From contig JBGTGT010000012.1 in the NCBI GenBank assembly GCA_041746575.1, forward strand, positions 1 to 64,000: 64,000 nucleotides of DNA, read 5' to 3'. The notes under the pieces are model-generated. The model did not search any database, was not told where the DNA came from, and saw only the letters and a program-made list of their open reading frames with translations. The DNA is from Microcystaceae cyanobacterium (GTDB taxonomy: Bacteria; Cyanobacteriota; Cyanobacteriia; Cyanobacteriales; Microcystaceae). Shown here one piece after another: positions 48,990 to 59,847 of the stretch (positions are counted from its first letter, which is position 1; every line of letters begins with the position of its first letter). The position numbers and the translations under genes were made by a program.

Positions 48990-49717
48990 TTTCTCACACC
49001 GTAATCAATTCTTAATTAATGTTAGGATAACAGGGAGTGAAAATCAATAGTTTTAGGCTCAATAATCTTATTCTTCAAAATATGTCGTTCTCAATCAAAA
49101 AAACGAAAATTCTAACTTGTGCTTATCAATTGAAAGACATTAACCGTGAGCTTATCTAATCGTTTGTCGGTTTGGTTCAAGATATTCTCTTAAAATTTGC
49201 CAATAGAGGGAATCCAAGTGGTATCCAAAGAAGATTCCTGTGAGACAATGACCAAACCAACTCCCAAATACTGACCGTAGTTATCAAATTTATCTTGTTG
49301 CGCTGACTGATGGGGACTGGTTAAGGTATCAGTTAAGCCTAAGCTCATCAGGATGACGGTCACAGCGAGAATAGCGTAATTACGGATAGCGAGAGTGGTA
49401 TAAGACATTTGTTTTAATTTCTTTTTTAGAGAAACTCGTCCTCTTAAGGATAGTCCAAGAATCTGTTGCGCTTGAGCAAAAAAACGCAAGTTTTGAAAAG
49501 AATCGAACTTTAGATAGACCTCTAGAAATTTATCGTCTAAATTTGAAAATTGATATACTGACTATCAGGTCTGAGAGGGTCTTCGTAATTAGCATTGAAG
49601 GTATTGAAGGGATTAAAGAAGCCAGTAAGGGTGGATTTATCGAGTTTATGGCGAGATCAAGCGTTTGGCGTAATAGACCTCTAACCTCATCAAAGATGAT
49701 AAATTTGACTCGATGAC

Positions 49718-51481
49718 TTAAGGACAGTGAAAACGTTGATAATTATAACCATTAATAGCAGGTAATTTCTGGATATCTTTTTGACAGTAGCTATCTAATT
49801 TCAGGGTAGAATAATAAAAATTTACTGGCCAAATCTCTAGGGGATATCGGTCAGGGTAATGACTTTTTTGTAAATAAGAGGGTAAATGATAAACCTTGGT
49901 GTTTTCTTCTTTGAGAATCATAAATGAGAGATTTTGTGAGGAATTTTGGTGAACGGCTTCCCAAGCAATTCCCATAATTTCCCCTGTTTGAGATAGGCTG
50001 ATATAAGGCGCAACTACTAAAACGGGGGCGATGGATTGTTGTTCGATGACTTTGACTAGGCGATTGGGTAAATAATACTTTTGATATCCTAAATTTCCTA
50101 AAACGGTTACTGCGCCTAATAATCCTATTATCCAAATAATGCTAACCGTTAATATTGGTTGATGCTGGCTCATTTTGGGACAAGATTTCAGCCATTTTGA
50201 CGGCAGTAATTGAGCAGATTTAAAATAAGGATGATCAAGAATTGTTGCTAAGATCACACCAATTAACCAGATAATGGGGGGAAAGTAAATAAAACTATAT
50301 CTTGCACCTCTTGTAATGTCAATTCCTAAGCCATAGGTAATGGTAAAAGTAACGATTAATAAGCTGCCAATTAATAAAAGTAATCCTTGGATTAAAATTT
50401 GAGTTTCAGAATTCAATAAACTTAATTGAATTGCTTTTCTAGCAATGGGAATCAGCCAAAGAAAGAAGAGCAACATCGCTAACCCTGACAGAATTACAAT
50501 GAACAAATCGGCAGACTCTACCGGCAATAATGTAAACATGGTAATCCAAGCCGCTAACAACTGAAAAGGCGGGTTAATCATGCCTAAAATGGGGTAATCA
50601 TGGCGTTGTATCCACGCAGTCATTTCATTACCATAACCTTCAGAGAGGGCAAGATTTAACCAAAATAACCCTGTTGTTGCTGTTCCTAAGATAACCCAAA
50701 TTAATCTCGTCCAAGGAGATAATTTTAGACCCTTAGTACGCCATTGATAGACAAATAAACCCAGTAAACTTAATCCTTCAGCAACAAAAATTAAACTCAG
50801 AAAATAGTGAATAGAGAGTCCAACACTATTAATAATTAACCAAAGAAAGATTAAAAAATAAGAAGGCTTTTGGTGCTGAGACAATAACTGAAATGCTTTG
50901 AGAAAACAGCCCAAAGAGGCTAAAACAAACAAAATCGCTAGCGTATAATGTCGAGCTTCTTGGGCAATAAAAATCCCATAAGAAGAGACAGCCATCATCG
51001 CCGCACAACTATCGGCAATCAGGATGGACTTGAACAATTTTCGGCTAATCAAGTAAATTAGGGGAATCGCTAAAACCCCAAAAAGAGCCGGCAGCGATCG
51101 CATTCCCCATAAACTTACATATTCACCAGCATTAGAAAACCATGTTATCCACCAATGTACTAAAATAAAATACAAAGGTGGATGATTATCTTGATCTAAA
51201 ATTAAACGAATAATATCAAAAACACTGACTTGATCATTAACCCTTAGAGAGCTTAAAAATTGTTCTGCTGAAAGGACTTGATTGAAGGGAATTTTTTCAA
51301 AAGAATTTCCTAAGCTAAATGCCATGGTGGCAAATTCATCTGTCCAAGGGGGCTTAGCGGTTAGATTGATAAAACGTAAAGTTGTTCCCAATAAAATCCA
51401 AAAACCGAGGCGTAATAAATGAGCGTTTTTCACTGACGCTGACAATACCTTCTCTGATAAACAAGGTTTTAAGGCGGACAT
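49718..51481 (-). CDS. GT-C fold (PMT/ArnT-like) glycosyltransferase
   Basis: WTDE, HPPLYF, RSLPALFG, QEARHY; multi-TM; ATG at 51481 preferred. Confidence 0.85.
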   Translation of the reverse strand: MSALKPCLSEKVLSASVKNAHLLRLGFWILLGTTLRFINLTAKPPWTDEFATMAFSLGNSFEKIPFNQVLSAEQFLSSLRVNDQVSVFDIIRLILDQDNHPPLYFILVHWWITWFSNAGEYVSLWGMRSLPALFGVLAIPLIYLISRKLFKSILIADSCAAMMAVSSYGIFIAQEARHYTLAILFVLASLGCFLKAFQLLSQHQKPSYFLIFLWLIINSVGLSIHYFLSLIFVAEGLSLLGLFVYQWRTKGLKLSPWTRLIWVILGTATTGLFWLNLALSEGYGNEMTAWIQRHDYPILGMINPPFQLLAAWITMFTLLPVESADLFIVILSGLAMLLFFLWLIPIARKAIQLSLLNSETQILIQGLLLLIGSLLIVTFTITYGLGIDITRGARYSFIYFPPIIWLIGVILATILDHPYFKSAQLLPSKWLKSCPKMSQHQPILTVSIIWIIGLLGAVTVLGNLGYQKYYLPNRLVKVIEQQSIAPVLVVAPYISLSQTGEIMGIAWEAVHQNSSQNLSFMILKEENTKVYHLPSYLQKSHYPDRYPLEIWPVNFYYSTLKLDSYCQKDIQKLPAINGYNYQRFHCP

Positions 51482-51721
51482 CTCACACCCCTGAAGAATA
51501 GGGTTAATCTTTATGATTATGACAATGTTGATGTTTTCAAGCAAGAAAGAAAGAGAACAGATAAAATAGGGAAAGCCGCTTTCTAAGGAGAATGTTTCAA
51601 GAACTTTTCTGAGAGAGAAAGCGTCTAAAGGGTAGGACAAAATTTGGCATAACTTGATTTTTCTCCACTCAATTGGCTAAAATCTTAGTAATTTTTGAGG
51701 TCGCTATTTCAAGCAAAATTT

Positions 51722-52414
51722 ATGGCTAAATTAACGAAATTAACGGCAAAAATTGGGACAATCATTTTCCCGATGACCTTATTCTCTATTTATCTACCCA
51801 CCTCATCGGCTTGGGCATTTAATCAATTTGACGTCTGTGTTGATCAGATGGTCGGCAGTGGAGTTACTGCTGAAAAAGCGGGAACAGCTTGCGCTGATGC
51901 TCTTATTCCCAAAGAATTAAGCAGATGTGTCGATATGATTCGCTCTCGCACAGTTATTGACCCTAATAATGCCCTAGCCGCCTGTTATCGAGTGAGACGA
52001 CCCGTCGATTTAGCGAACTGTGTGGTGGACATTGATCATGAACTTCTGCAAAGTAAAGCGACATTAAGCCCAATCAAACAACCCGAATCTCTCCCCTCGT
52101 CTGAGCCACCTGTTACACCCGTTAATCCGCCCCGTGAAGGTGAAGCCCCCATTATTGAAGAAAATCCCCAATCAAAAGGAAATTATTCTATCCTAATCGC
52201 ACAAGCACCGATTATTGAAGAACCTTCCCCTGATACAACCCCCATTTTGGTGGCCTTAGATAGCTGTCGGCGCAGTCTGTTGCCGGGACGCTATTCTGAA
52301 TGTGTTACTGGACTCAGTCGTCGTGCCAATTTATCCCCTATCCAAGCAATGAATACCTGTCTAGATGCTCAAGCCTATCCCGAAGATATTTTTCCGGTCT
52401 ATGATCAACAATAA
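51722..52414 (+). CDS. Secreted Cys-repeat hypothetical protein
   Basis: Signal peptide; three repeats of C-x4-P-x5-CV; Pro-rich insert. Confidence 0.65.
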   Translation: MAKLTKLTAKIGTIIFPMTLFSIYLPTSSAWAFNQFDVCVDQMVGSGVTAEKAGTACADALIPKELSRCVDMIRSRTVIDPNNALAACYRVRRPVDLANCVVDIDHELLQSKATLSPIKQPESLPSSEPPVTPVNPPREGEAPIIEENPQSKGNYSILIAQAPIIEEPSPDTTPILVALDSCRRSLLPGRYSECVTGLSRRANLSPIQAMNTCLDAQAYPEDIFPVYDQQ

Positions 52415-52582
52415 TCGTTATTTATCGAGCGGCCGCTTGGGGTTATGCAAAATTTTCCTCCATTCTTCGGCATGAGTGCTTTTTTGCCCTCTTATTCCCT
52501 GAATTTCGCAAGAAGTCTAATAATAGAGTATAGTGTTTACTGATTCGTGCCTGTTGCCGCCTATTTCGAGAAAAACAATTTT

Positions 52583-53389
52583 ATGGATTTATTGCTGAAA
52601 AAAAATCTAGATCGTTGGATCAGTCCCCGATATTTAGAGCTTTTACAAATTTTAGTCACCCGTAACCTCAAAGGACGCTACCGAGGGTCATTTTTGGGGA
52701 TATACTGGTCATTATTGCATCCTATTTTCATGACGGTGGTTTATACGGCAGTTTTTGGTGCAGCTTTTTCCCAATATTACGATAATTCAACCTTAAAATA
52801 CATTCTCGCTGCTTTTACCGGCTTAACCATCATTCACTTTTTCTCTGGGGCAACTAATCAAGCGTTAGTTAGCATTGTCGCCAGTGGAGGACTGCTCAAT
52901 AAAATTAAACTACCGATGAGCGTCTTTCCCCTCTCCATGATTGTGGCCAATGTATTTCAGTTCAGTATGGGGGTTCTTCCTTTTTTGGCCATTATTACCC
53001 TCATTATTTCTAGGAATCCTATAAATGTGGTGGCACTTTGTCTGCCGCTTCTGGCGTTAACGTTGGTCTGTATGGGAGTTGGCTTTTTAGTCGCTGCTTT
53101 ATATGTTTTTTTTAGAGATTTACCTTATTTTTATGAATTAGTAACCTTTCTGCTCTGGATTACTTCTCCTATCTTCTACCCAGCGGAGATTGTCCCAGAA
53201 AGCGTTAGACCGTTTTTGCTCCTCAACCCCCTATCTCCCATTATCGAAAGTCTTCGTCAAATTTCGCTCTCCGGTGCTTGGCCGGATATGGCTTTGATTG
53301 GACACGCTCTCCTCAATGGCGTTATTATTTTGACGCTAGGCTGGAGTTGTTTTCGGGCTTGGCAGAACCAATTTATGGACTTGCTTTAA
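52583..53389 (+). CDS. wzm: Polysaccharide ABC exporter permease
   Basis: RYRGSFLGIYWSLLHP, FRDL, TSPIFYP, LNPL. Confidence 0.9.
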   Translation: MDLLLKKNLDRWISPRYLELLQILVTRNLKGRYRGSFLGIYWSLLHPIFMTVVYTAVFGAAFSQYYDNSTLKYILAAFTGLTIIHFFSGATNQALVSIVASGGLLNKIKLPMSVFPLSMIVANVFQFSMGVLPFLAIITLIISRNPINVVALCLPLLALTLVCMGVGFLVAALYVFFRDLPYFYELVTFLLWITSPIFYPAEIVPESVRPFLLLNPLSPIIESLRQISLSGAWPDMALIGHALLNGVIILTLGWSCFRAWQNQFMDLL

Positions 53390-53406
53390 ACTTAAATAAA
53401 AGTTAA

Positions 53407-54180
53407 ATGACGGAAGTTATCAGACTCAATCAAGTATCCCTTTGGCGGCGCACGCAGGAAGAGTTAACCTACGACCTGAAAAAAACCATTTTTTCGCTGC
53501 TGGAAGGCAAATATCGCAAACCCTCCCGCAAACTGATTTTAGATTCCCTTGATCTCACCGTTTATGCGGGCGAAAAGGTCGGGATTATTGGTTCTAATGG
53601 TTCAGGGAAATCCACCTTACTAAAGATCATTTGTGGTATTTTACAACCCACATCGGGCAATTTATGGATAAAAGGCGATATTGCGCCCTTAATTGAACTC
53701 GGAGCAGGGTTCGATGGAGAATTACCTGTTATCGATAATATTATTCTCTACGGCGTGATGCTCGGTTTTCCTCGTAAAGCTATGCAACAGCGGATTGCCC
53801 CTATTCTGGAATTTGCCGAACTAGAAGAATACGCTCATGCCCCCGTTAAAGCCTTATCATCGGGCATGATGGCTCGTCTGGGGTTTGCCATTGCCACAGA
53901 TGTCGACCCCGATATTTTGATTCTAGACGAAGTGCTGTCTGTTGGGGACGAAAGCTTCAAATACAAGAGCCAGCAACGCATGAATCGTCTCTGGGATAAT
54001 AACAAAACAATTTTGGTGGTTTCCCACAGTTTAGAGTTTGTGCAGACGGCTTGCGATCGCGTCATTTGGCTAGATCGTGGTAAGATACGCTTTGTTGGAA
54101 GGGCTGATGAGGCCATTGCCCACTATTTAGGAACCGTTCAATCGGGTTCTGCCGTCGAATTACAGCCAAATATCGTATGA
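53407..54180 (+). CDS. wzt: Polysaccharide ABC exporter ATPase
   Basis: GSNGSGKS, SSGMMARLGF, ILDEVLSVGD. Confidence 0.92.
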   Translation: MTEVIRLNQVSLWRRTQEELTYDLKKTIFSLLEGKYRKPSRKLILDSLDLTVYAGEKVGIIGSNGSGKSTLLKIICGILQPTSGNLWIKGDIAPLIELGAGFDGELPVIDNIILYGVMLGFPRKAMQQRIAPILEFAELEEYAHAPVKALSSGMMARLGFAIATDVDPDILILDEVLSVGDESFKYKSQQRMNRLWDNNKTILVVSHSLEFVQTACDRVIWLDRGKIRFVGRADEAIAHYLGTVQSGSAVELQPNIV

Positions 54181-55109
54181 AAATCTTAATTACTGGAGGG
54201 GCGGGTTATATTGGCTCGGTTCTAACCCCTAAACTTCTCGCTCAGGGTTATCGCGTTACGGTGTTAGACAATTTCATGTTTCGCCAAACCAGTTTAGCGG
54301 AGTGCTGTCAATACGAAACCTTTGAGGTGGTGCGGGGTGACAGTCGCAATCAAGCGTTAATGACCGAATTGCTTAAAGATGCTGATATCATTATCCCCCT
54401 TGCGGCCTTAGTGGGTGCGCCCTTGTGCAGTCGAGATGAAATGGGTACTCGTAGTATCAATCAAGATGCAGTACAAATGCTCTGCCGCTTAGCCAGTCCG
54501 CAACAACGGATTTTAATGCCAGTGACGAATAGCGGTTATGGCATCGGTGAGATGGGAAAATACTGCACTGAGGACTCTCCTTTGCGGCCGATTTCTCTTT
54601 ATGGGGTCACTAAGGTAGAAGCGGAAAAAGCAGTGCTAGAGAGAGAAAATAGCATCACCTTCCGTCTAGCAACGGTTTTTGGTATGTCTCCTCGGATGCG
54701 CGTTGATTTACTGGTTAATGATTTTGTTTATCGTGCTATCCATGACCGAGCCGTGGTAATTTTTGAGGGGCATTTTAAACGGAATTATATTCACATTCGG
54801 GATGTCGCTAAGGCTTTTCTCCATGGTATCGCCCATTTTGAAGAGATGAGAGGTAAGCCCTATAATGTAGGGTTAGAGGATGCTAATTTATCTAAGTTAG
54901 AACTTTGTGCTGAAATTCAGAAGTATTTACCTAATTTTATTTATTTAGAAGCTCCTATTGGCGAAGATCCTGACAAACGAGATTATATTGTCTCAAATCA
55001 ACGGATTTTGCAAACGGGATATGAACCTGAATGGCCCCTCGGACGAGGAATTCGCGAATTAATCAAGGGTTACACAATTTTACGCAATAGTATCTACTCT
55101 AACGTTTAA
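54177..55109 (+). CDS. NAD-dependent sugar epimerase/dehydratase
   Basis: TGGAGYIG, YGVTK. Confidence 0.9.
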   Translation: MKILITGGAGYIGSVLTPKLLAQGYRVTVLDNFMFRQTSLAECCQYETFEVVRGDSRNQALMTELLKDADIIIPLAALVGAPLCSRDEMGTRSINQDAVQMLCRLASPQQRILMPVTNSGYGIGEMGKYCTEDSPLRPISLYGVTKVEAEKAVLERENSITFRLATVFGMSPRMRVDLLVNDFVYRAIHDRAVVIFEGHFKRNYIHIRDVAKAFLHGIAHFEEMRGKPYNVGLEDANLSKLELCAEIQKYLPNFIYLEAPIGEDPDKRDYIVSNQRILQTGYEPEWPLGRGIRELIKGYTILRNSIYSNV

Positions 55110-55431
55110 ATCAATCACTTTAGTCTTACTTTCTCCCCGTTCCTTTCTAAAGAGGGTGCGGGGTTTAACGTAATCGGGTTTTTGCAATAAGTAGGTCATC
55201 ATCTAGTCAGTATAGAGAAAACCAAATTATTTCTGCTGTCTTTCGTCTATCATAAGAAGAATAACCCTATATATAATTTATAGAGAGTCTAACTGAGTCG
55301 TGAAAATCGGAGAAATTTTTAATAGTCTCTCAAAATTCGTGTCGGCTTTATTTGCGCTTGTCTTGCCCAATCAGTTCATGATTCAAATAGACTGACGATA
55401 GTAAGCCTGCCGAAGCACATCAGCAGTTATA

Positions 55432-56004
55432 ATGAAAAGTCACTTTTTAAATCCGACCAATTTTTTACTCCTCATTGTTGATGATATTCCGGCTAATCTC
55501 AAGGTTTTACATCGTATTTTAGAACCCATGGGATATCAAATGACTTTTGCCAATAGTGAAAAAAAGGCATTAGAAAGAATGACCCAAATCCACCCTGATT
55601 TAATTTTAGTAGACTTAATGATGCCAGAGATAGATGGCTTAGAAGTGGCAGGTATTCTCTCGCAAAATTTGGCGTATCAAGATATTCCAATTATCATCTT
55701 TTTAACAGCGAGTCAAGAGACAGAACATTTAACAGAAGCGTTTGCTAAAGGTGCAGTTGATTATATTACGAAACCGCTACATCAAGGAGAATTATTAGCT
55801 TGCCTTAAACCCCATCTGTATCTCAAATATTGTCTGGATCTTTTAGTCCAACAAATACATCAAGAAAAACGAATTAATCAAATCACCCGAAGTATTTTAA
55901 GTTATACGTCTTTTGATATTACGGAATTAATTGCTTGCGTCGACCAGTGTTTATATTTTGCGAAACAACGAGGCCAAAATCAATGGCAGACAAAACAAAA
56001 ATGA
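55432..56004 (+). CDS. Receiver-domain protein, internally deleted diguanylate cyclase remnant
   Basis: VDD, DLMMP, LTA, KP receiver motifs; C-terminal VDQCLYFAKQRGQN resembles the last GGDEF helix. Confidence 0.7.
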   Translation: MKSHFLNPTNFLLLIVDDIPANLKVLHRILEPMGYQMTFANSEKKALERMTQIHPDLILVDLMMPEIDGLEVAGILSQNLAYQDIPIIIFLTASQETEHLTEAFAKGAVDYITKPLHQGELLACLKPHLYLKYCLDLLVQQIHQEKRINQITRSILSYTSFDITELIACVDQCLYFAKQRGQNQWQTKQK

Positions 56005-56702
56005 TTTTCTTGTCCTCTTCTAAGGTCAATTTATCTCGTCAGCTGAACCGGCGCAGATGGAAAAGGCGATTCGTTTTTGCGTTGAGCGGTCTAATTTTAG
56101 TAGTTTTGAGTAAAATGGTCTGGAATGTAGCGGTTGTACTTCCCGCACATGCTGAACAGCCTATTGATGCGATTTTGGTGTTAGGAGGTAGTATTCGACG
56201 AGAAATTTATGCCAGTGAATTAGCAAAAAGTTACCCTCATCTTCCTATCATTATTTCCCGTGGCTCAGACGCCCCTTGTATTTTTCAGATTTTTCAAATA
56301 AAACAAGCCCCCATAGAGAATATTTTACTGGAAAATTGTGCTGACTCAACCTTTGGCAATTTCTTTTTCAATGTGCCACTGTTACGCCAAAAAAAAGTTC
56401 AAAAGGTCAAAGTCGTCACCTCACCGACTCATCTGCCAAGAGCGCAATACCTCGCCTATATTCATCTGGGCGCACAAGGCATTGCCGTGGAAATGGATAT
56501 CACGGCGGAAAGGGGAAGACCGGGGAATCATGAATCCCCCTCAAAAACAGCCTTAGATGTGACCAGAAGCGTTATTTGGTCATTTTTTGCCCAAACCCTC
56601 TCGCCTCCTTGTACGGATGCTATTCCTCTCAAGGAAATTAACTGGGAAAAATGGCAAAAAAGAGGGTATCGTTGTGAACGTCAAAAATACCTCAAGCTCT
56701 AG
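56001..56702 (+). CDS. YdcF/ElyC (DUF218) family protein
   Basis: ILVLGG, ENCADSTFGN, VTSPTHLPRA; ATGA overlap with the previous stop. Confidence 0.85.
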   Translation: MIFLSSSKVNLSRQLNRRRWKRRFVFALSGLILVVLSKMVWNVAVVLPAHAEQPIDAILVLGGSIRREIYASELAKSYPHLPIIISRGSDAPCIFQIFQIKQAPIENILLENCADSTFGNFFFNVPLLRQKKVQKVKVVTSPTHLPRAQYLAYIHLGAQGIAVEMDITAERGRPGNHESPSKTALDVTRSVIWSFFAQTLSPPCTDAIPLKEINWEKWQKRGYRCERQKYLKL

Positions 56703-56714
56703 CGACTATAGCGA

Positions 56715-57353
56715 CTATAAAGAGGCTTGTTGATTATACATTTCCCGCAAAACAAGCGCAGGATCAACGTATTGACCATTATGCTTCAGTCCCCAATGGA
56801 GATGAGGTCCTGTCGTACGTCCTGTCATGCCCACTCGACCCATTCGCGCCCCAGCAGGGATTTCTTGTCTTTCTTGCAGGATAATGCCCCCTTCTCGGTC
56901 GACGAAGTACTTAAGGTTGCCGTTTTTCTGGACTTGTCCCATTAAATGACAGTAAATGTGAGTCCATTGCCCTGACTGAACTTGAATCATTGTACCACAG
57001 GCTGTATTGTCTGATACTTCAACAATGTAACCGCTCCACCAATTGCGAACGTAACTGCCAATCGGTGCGGCGAGATCTAGACCCCGATGAAACTGAGGTT
57101 GGCCACTAACCGGATTTACCCGATAGCCATAGGGAGAGGTATAAGCTTGGAAGTTTTCCACGGGAAAAGAGGCATATTGCCAAGGATTTGTCGTAGAAGA
57201 CCTTGCCGGAACGTACTGCGCTTGAGTGGGTTGTAAAAGACTAGGGGCTAATTCAAAACCGAGTAACAGCGTCAGCAAACTCAGAAAACCATAGTGGAAA
57301 CGACGGGAACGAAATCGCCACCCTTTGAGTCCAAGGACTAGAGATAGATTCAT
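56715..57353 (-). CDS. M23 family metallopeptidase
   Basis: HRGLD, YCHL, TGPHLHW. Confidence 0.92.
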   Translation of the reverse strand: MNLSLVLGLKGWRFRSRRFHYGFLSLLTLLLGFELAPSLLQPTQAQYVPARSSTTNPWQYASFPVENFQAYTSPYGYRVNPVSGQPQFHRGLDLAAPIGSYVRNWWSGYIVEVSDNTACGTMIQVQSGQWTHIYCHLMGQVQKNGNLKYFVDREGGIILQERQEIPAGARMGRVGMTGRTTGPHLHWGLKHNGQYVDPALVLREMYNQQASL

Positions 57354-57568
57354 GATAGCTACTTCTCACACCTAAAATAGGCTGCCTTATCAATACGATG
57401 GCAGCTTCAATCCTAACTTGAATCATAGAATAATTTTGCCCAATGCGCTACGCCATTAAACTCTAATGCGTTACATTACGTTACGTTAACCTTAGATGAG
57501 AGAAACTTGACTCACGAGCAGGACATTTTGTTAAGATCCATAAATATTTGTACCTAAAATACTGGATA

Positions 57569-57952
57569 ATGTTGAGCGATCTTTTGCCTTTTAGCTTTCA
57601 TCTTTCTTCGGCAACCTTTGCTGGGACGTGTCTTTGGTCATTAGCCTTTTATCTCGGTTTAACCTCATTGAAAAATCTAATTATTGAGGGTTTAAATCGT
57701 TGGTTTAATTTTGCAGAACGTTCTCTTTATACTTCTCAAGCAGAGTTTGAAAGAACCCGAAAAGCGCGAGAATCGCAAAATGCTTTTTATGCGTCGGTAT
57801 TTAGTATTTTTCCTTTTTTTGTGATGGGTGGACTTTGTAATTGGGGCGTGGAATGGGGACTCGGTAACAGTTGGGCGATTAGTATGGGCATGATGGCTTG
57901 TCTAATTTCAGGCGTTTATGAATTAGGACGGCAGGATAGTTTAAAACAGTAA
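57569..57952 (+). CDS. Conserved cyanobacterial membrane protein
   Basis: RWFNFAERSLY..EFE.TR.ARESQNAFYAS; VYELGR. Confidence 0.7.
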   Translation: MLSDLLPFSFHLSSATFAGTCLWSLAFYLGLTSLKNLIIEGLNRWFNFAERSLYTSQAEFERTRKARESQNAFYASVFSIFPFFVMGGLCNWGVEWGLGNSWAISMGMMACLISGVYELGRQDSLKQ

Positions 57953-57997
57953 TTGTAAGCAACAAACAATTTTTTTTGATAATATCAACTGGGTTTA

Positions 57998-59785
57998 ATG
58001 ATGATTTTAAAACAGCGATTATCGAGTTTTATTTATATTATTTTAATTGGACTTCTGAGCCTTTTTTTCAGTGCTTGCGCTTCGACTCAAAGTGAAAATC
58101 AAGTGATTCAATCAGTGGTCGGAGATCCTAAAACCTTTAATGCGGTTTTGTCGGCTGAGTCTCCGAATGTTTTTGGTCTAATTTACGAAGGCTTAATTAC
58201 CGAAAATCCGATTACGGGGGAAAAAGAGCCGGCTTTAGCTAAATCGTGGGAAATTTCGGAAGATAAACTCACAATTATTTTTACATTAAGGGATAACTTA
58301 AAATGGTCGGATGGTCAACCATTGACGGCTAACGATGTGGTTTTTACTTATAACGATTTGTATCTAAATCCAAAGATTCCTAATAATGTTCGAGACAGCT
58401 TATTAGTGGGAGAAAAACGGCTACCACCGACGATTACAAAGCTCGATGATCGACGTATTAAGTTCCAAATTTCTGAACCCTACGCCCCTTTTTTGGAAAG
58501 TACAGGTCTTGGCATTTTACCCTCTCATGTATTGCGAAAATATGTTGAAGAAACTGATCAAAAAGGTAATCCTAAATTTCTCTCCGTTTGGGGAACTGCA
58601 ACTCCTCCTTCTAAAATTATTGGCAATGGAGCTTATCGCCTTAAAGAATATGTAACCAGTCAACGAGTTATTTTTGAAAAAAACCCTTATTATTGGAAAA
58701 AAGATGCACAGGGTAACCCTTTACCTTATATCAATGAAGTAGTCTGGGCAATTGTTGAAAATACGGATACTTCTTTGTTACAATTTCGCTCGGGAAGCTT
58801 AGATTTAATTAGCATTAATCCTGAGTATTTTTCTCTCCTTAAGCAAGAAGAAGAGCGAGGAAACTTTACGATTTATAATGGAGGTCCCGCTTATGGGGTG
58901 ACCTTTATTTCGTTTAATTTAAATCAGGGAAAGCGGCAAGGCAAACCTTTAGTGAATTCCATTAAATCCGCATGGTTTAATAATGTTAATTTCCGTCGTG
59001 CGATCGCTTATGCTATTGATAGACCTCGAATTATTAATAACATTTATCGCGGCTTGGGCGAACCGCAAAAAACCCAGATTTCAATCCAATCTCCTTACTA
59101 TAACCAAAATATTCAAGGGTATAATTATAATCCTCAAAAAGCAAAAGAATTACTTCAACAAGAAGGATTTAAATATAATGCTCAAGGTCAATTATTAGAT
59201 CAAAAAGGAAATCTCGTCGAATTTAGTTTAATTACTAATGCAGGGAACAAAACTCGAGAAGCAATGGGGGCGCAAATTAAGGAAGATTTAGGCAAGATTG
59301 GCATCAAGGTCAATTTTACACCGATTGCTTTTAATGTCTTAGTCGATAAACTGAGTAAAAGTTTAGATTGGGAAGCTCACCTGCTGGGTTTTACGGGGGG
59401 AAATGAACCCCATTCACCTAATATTTGGTATACGGATGGACATCTTCATTCTTTTAATCAAAAGTCCTTACAAGAGCCATTGGAAGGTCGAGTGATTGCT
59501 GATTGGGAAAGGGAAATTGAACAATTATATATCGAAGGTGTTAAGGAATACAGTATTGAAAAACGCAAACTTTATTATGATCAAGCACAACAATTGGTGT
59601 CTGATTATTTACCTTTCATTTATCTGGTAAATCCTTATTCTTTATCGGCAATAAGAAACTGTTTTGATCCCATTCAATATTCAGCGTTGGGAGGTGCATT
59701 TTGGAATATCGAAAAGATTCATAATACTTGTTATCAAACGACTGAAACAGCGAATCAAAAAGATAATTATGTCTGGCAAAAATAA
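57998..59785 (+). CDS. ABC transporter substrate-binding lipoprotein (family 5, peptide/nickel)
   Basis: Lipobox FSAC; LAKSWEISED.LT..FTLR..LKWSDG.PLTA.DV.FT. Confidence 0.92.
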   Translation: MMILKQRLSSFIYIILIGLLSLFFSACASTQSENQVIQSVVGDPKTFNAVLSAESPNVFGLIYEGLITENPITGEKEPALAKSWEISEDKLTIIFTLRDNLKWSDGQPLTANDVVFTYNDLYLNPKIPNNVRDSLLVGEKRLPPTITKLDDRRIKFQISEPYAPFLESTGLGILPSHVLRKYVEETDQKGNPKFLSVWGTATPPSKIIGNGAYRLKEYVTSQRVIFEKNPYYWKKDAQGNPLPYINEVVWAIVENTDTSLLQFRSGSLDLISINPEYFSLLKQEEERGNFTIYNGGPAYGVTFISFNLNQGKRQGKPLVNSIKSAWFNNVNFRRAIAYAIDRPRIINNIYRGLGEPQKTQISIQSPYYNQNIQGYNYNPQKAKELLQQEGFKYNAQGQLLDQKGNLVEFSLITNAGNKTREAMGAQIKEDLGKIGIKVNFTPIAFNVLVDKLSKSLDWEAHLLGFTGGNEPHSPNIWYTDGHLHSFNQKSLQEPLEGRVIADWEREIEQLYIEGVKEYSIEKRKLYYDQAQQLVSDYLPFIYLVNPYSLSAIRNCFDPIQYSALGGAFWNIEKIHNTCYQTTETANQKDNYVWQK

Positions 59786-59847
59786 TTTAATATGGCAGCT
59801 TTCTATAAAACCTAAATTACAATCCAAACCAAAAAAGAATCAAAATC

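Noticed and set aside
49190..49489. 99-aa ORF with a hydrophobic segment
   Set aside because: TTG start and no recognisable family; a shorter peptide from the internal ATG is possible but unsupported
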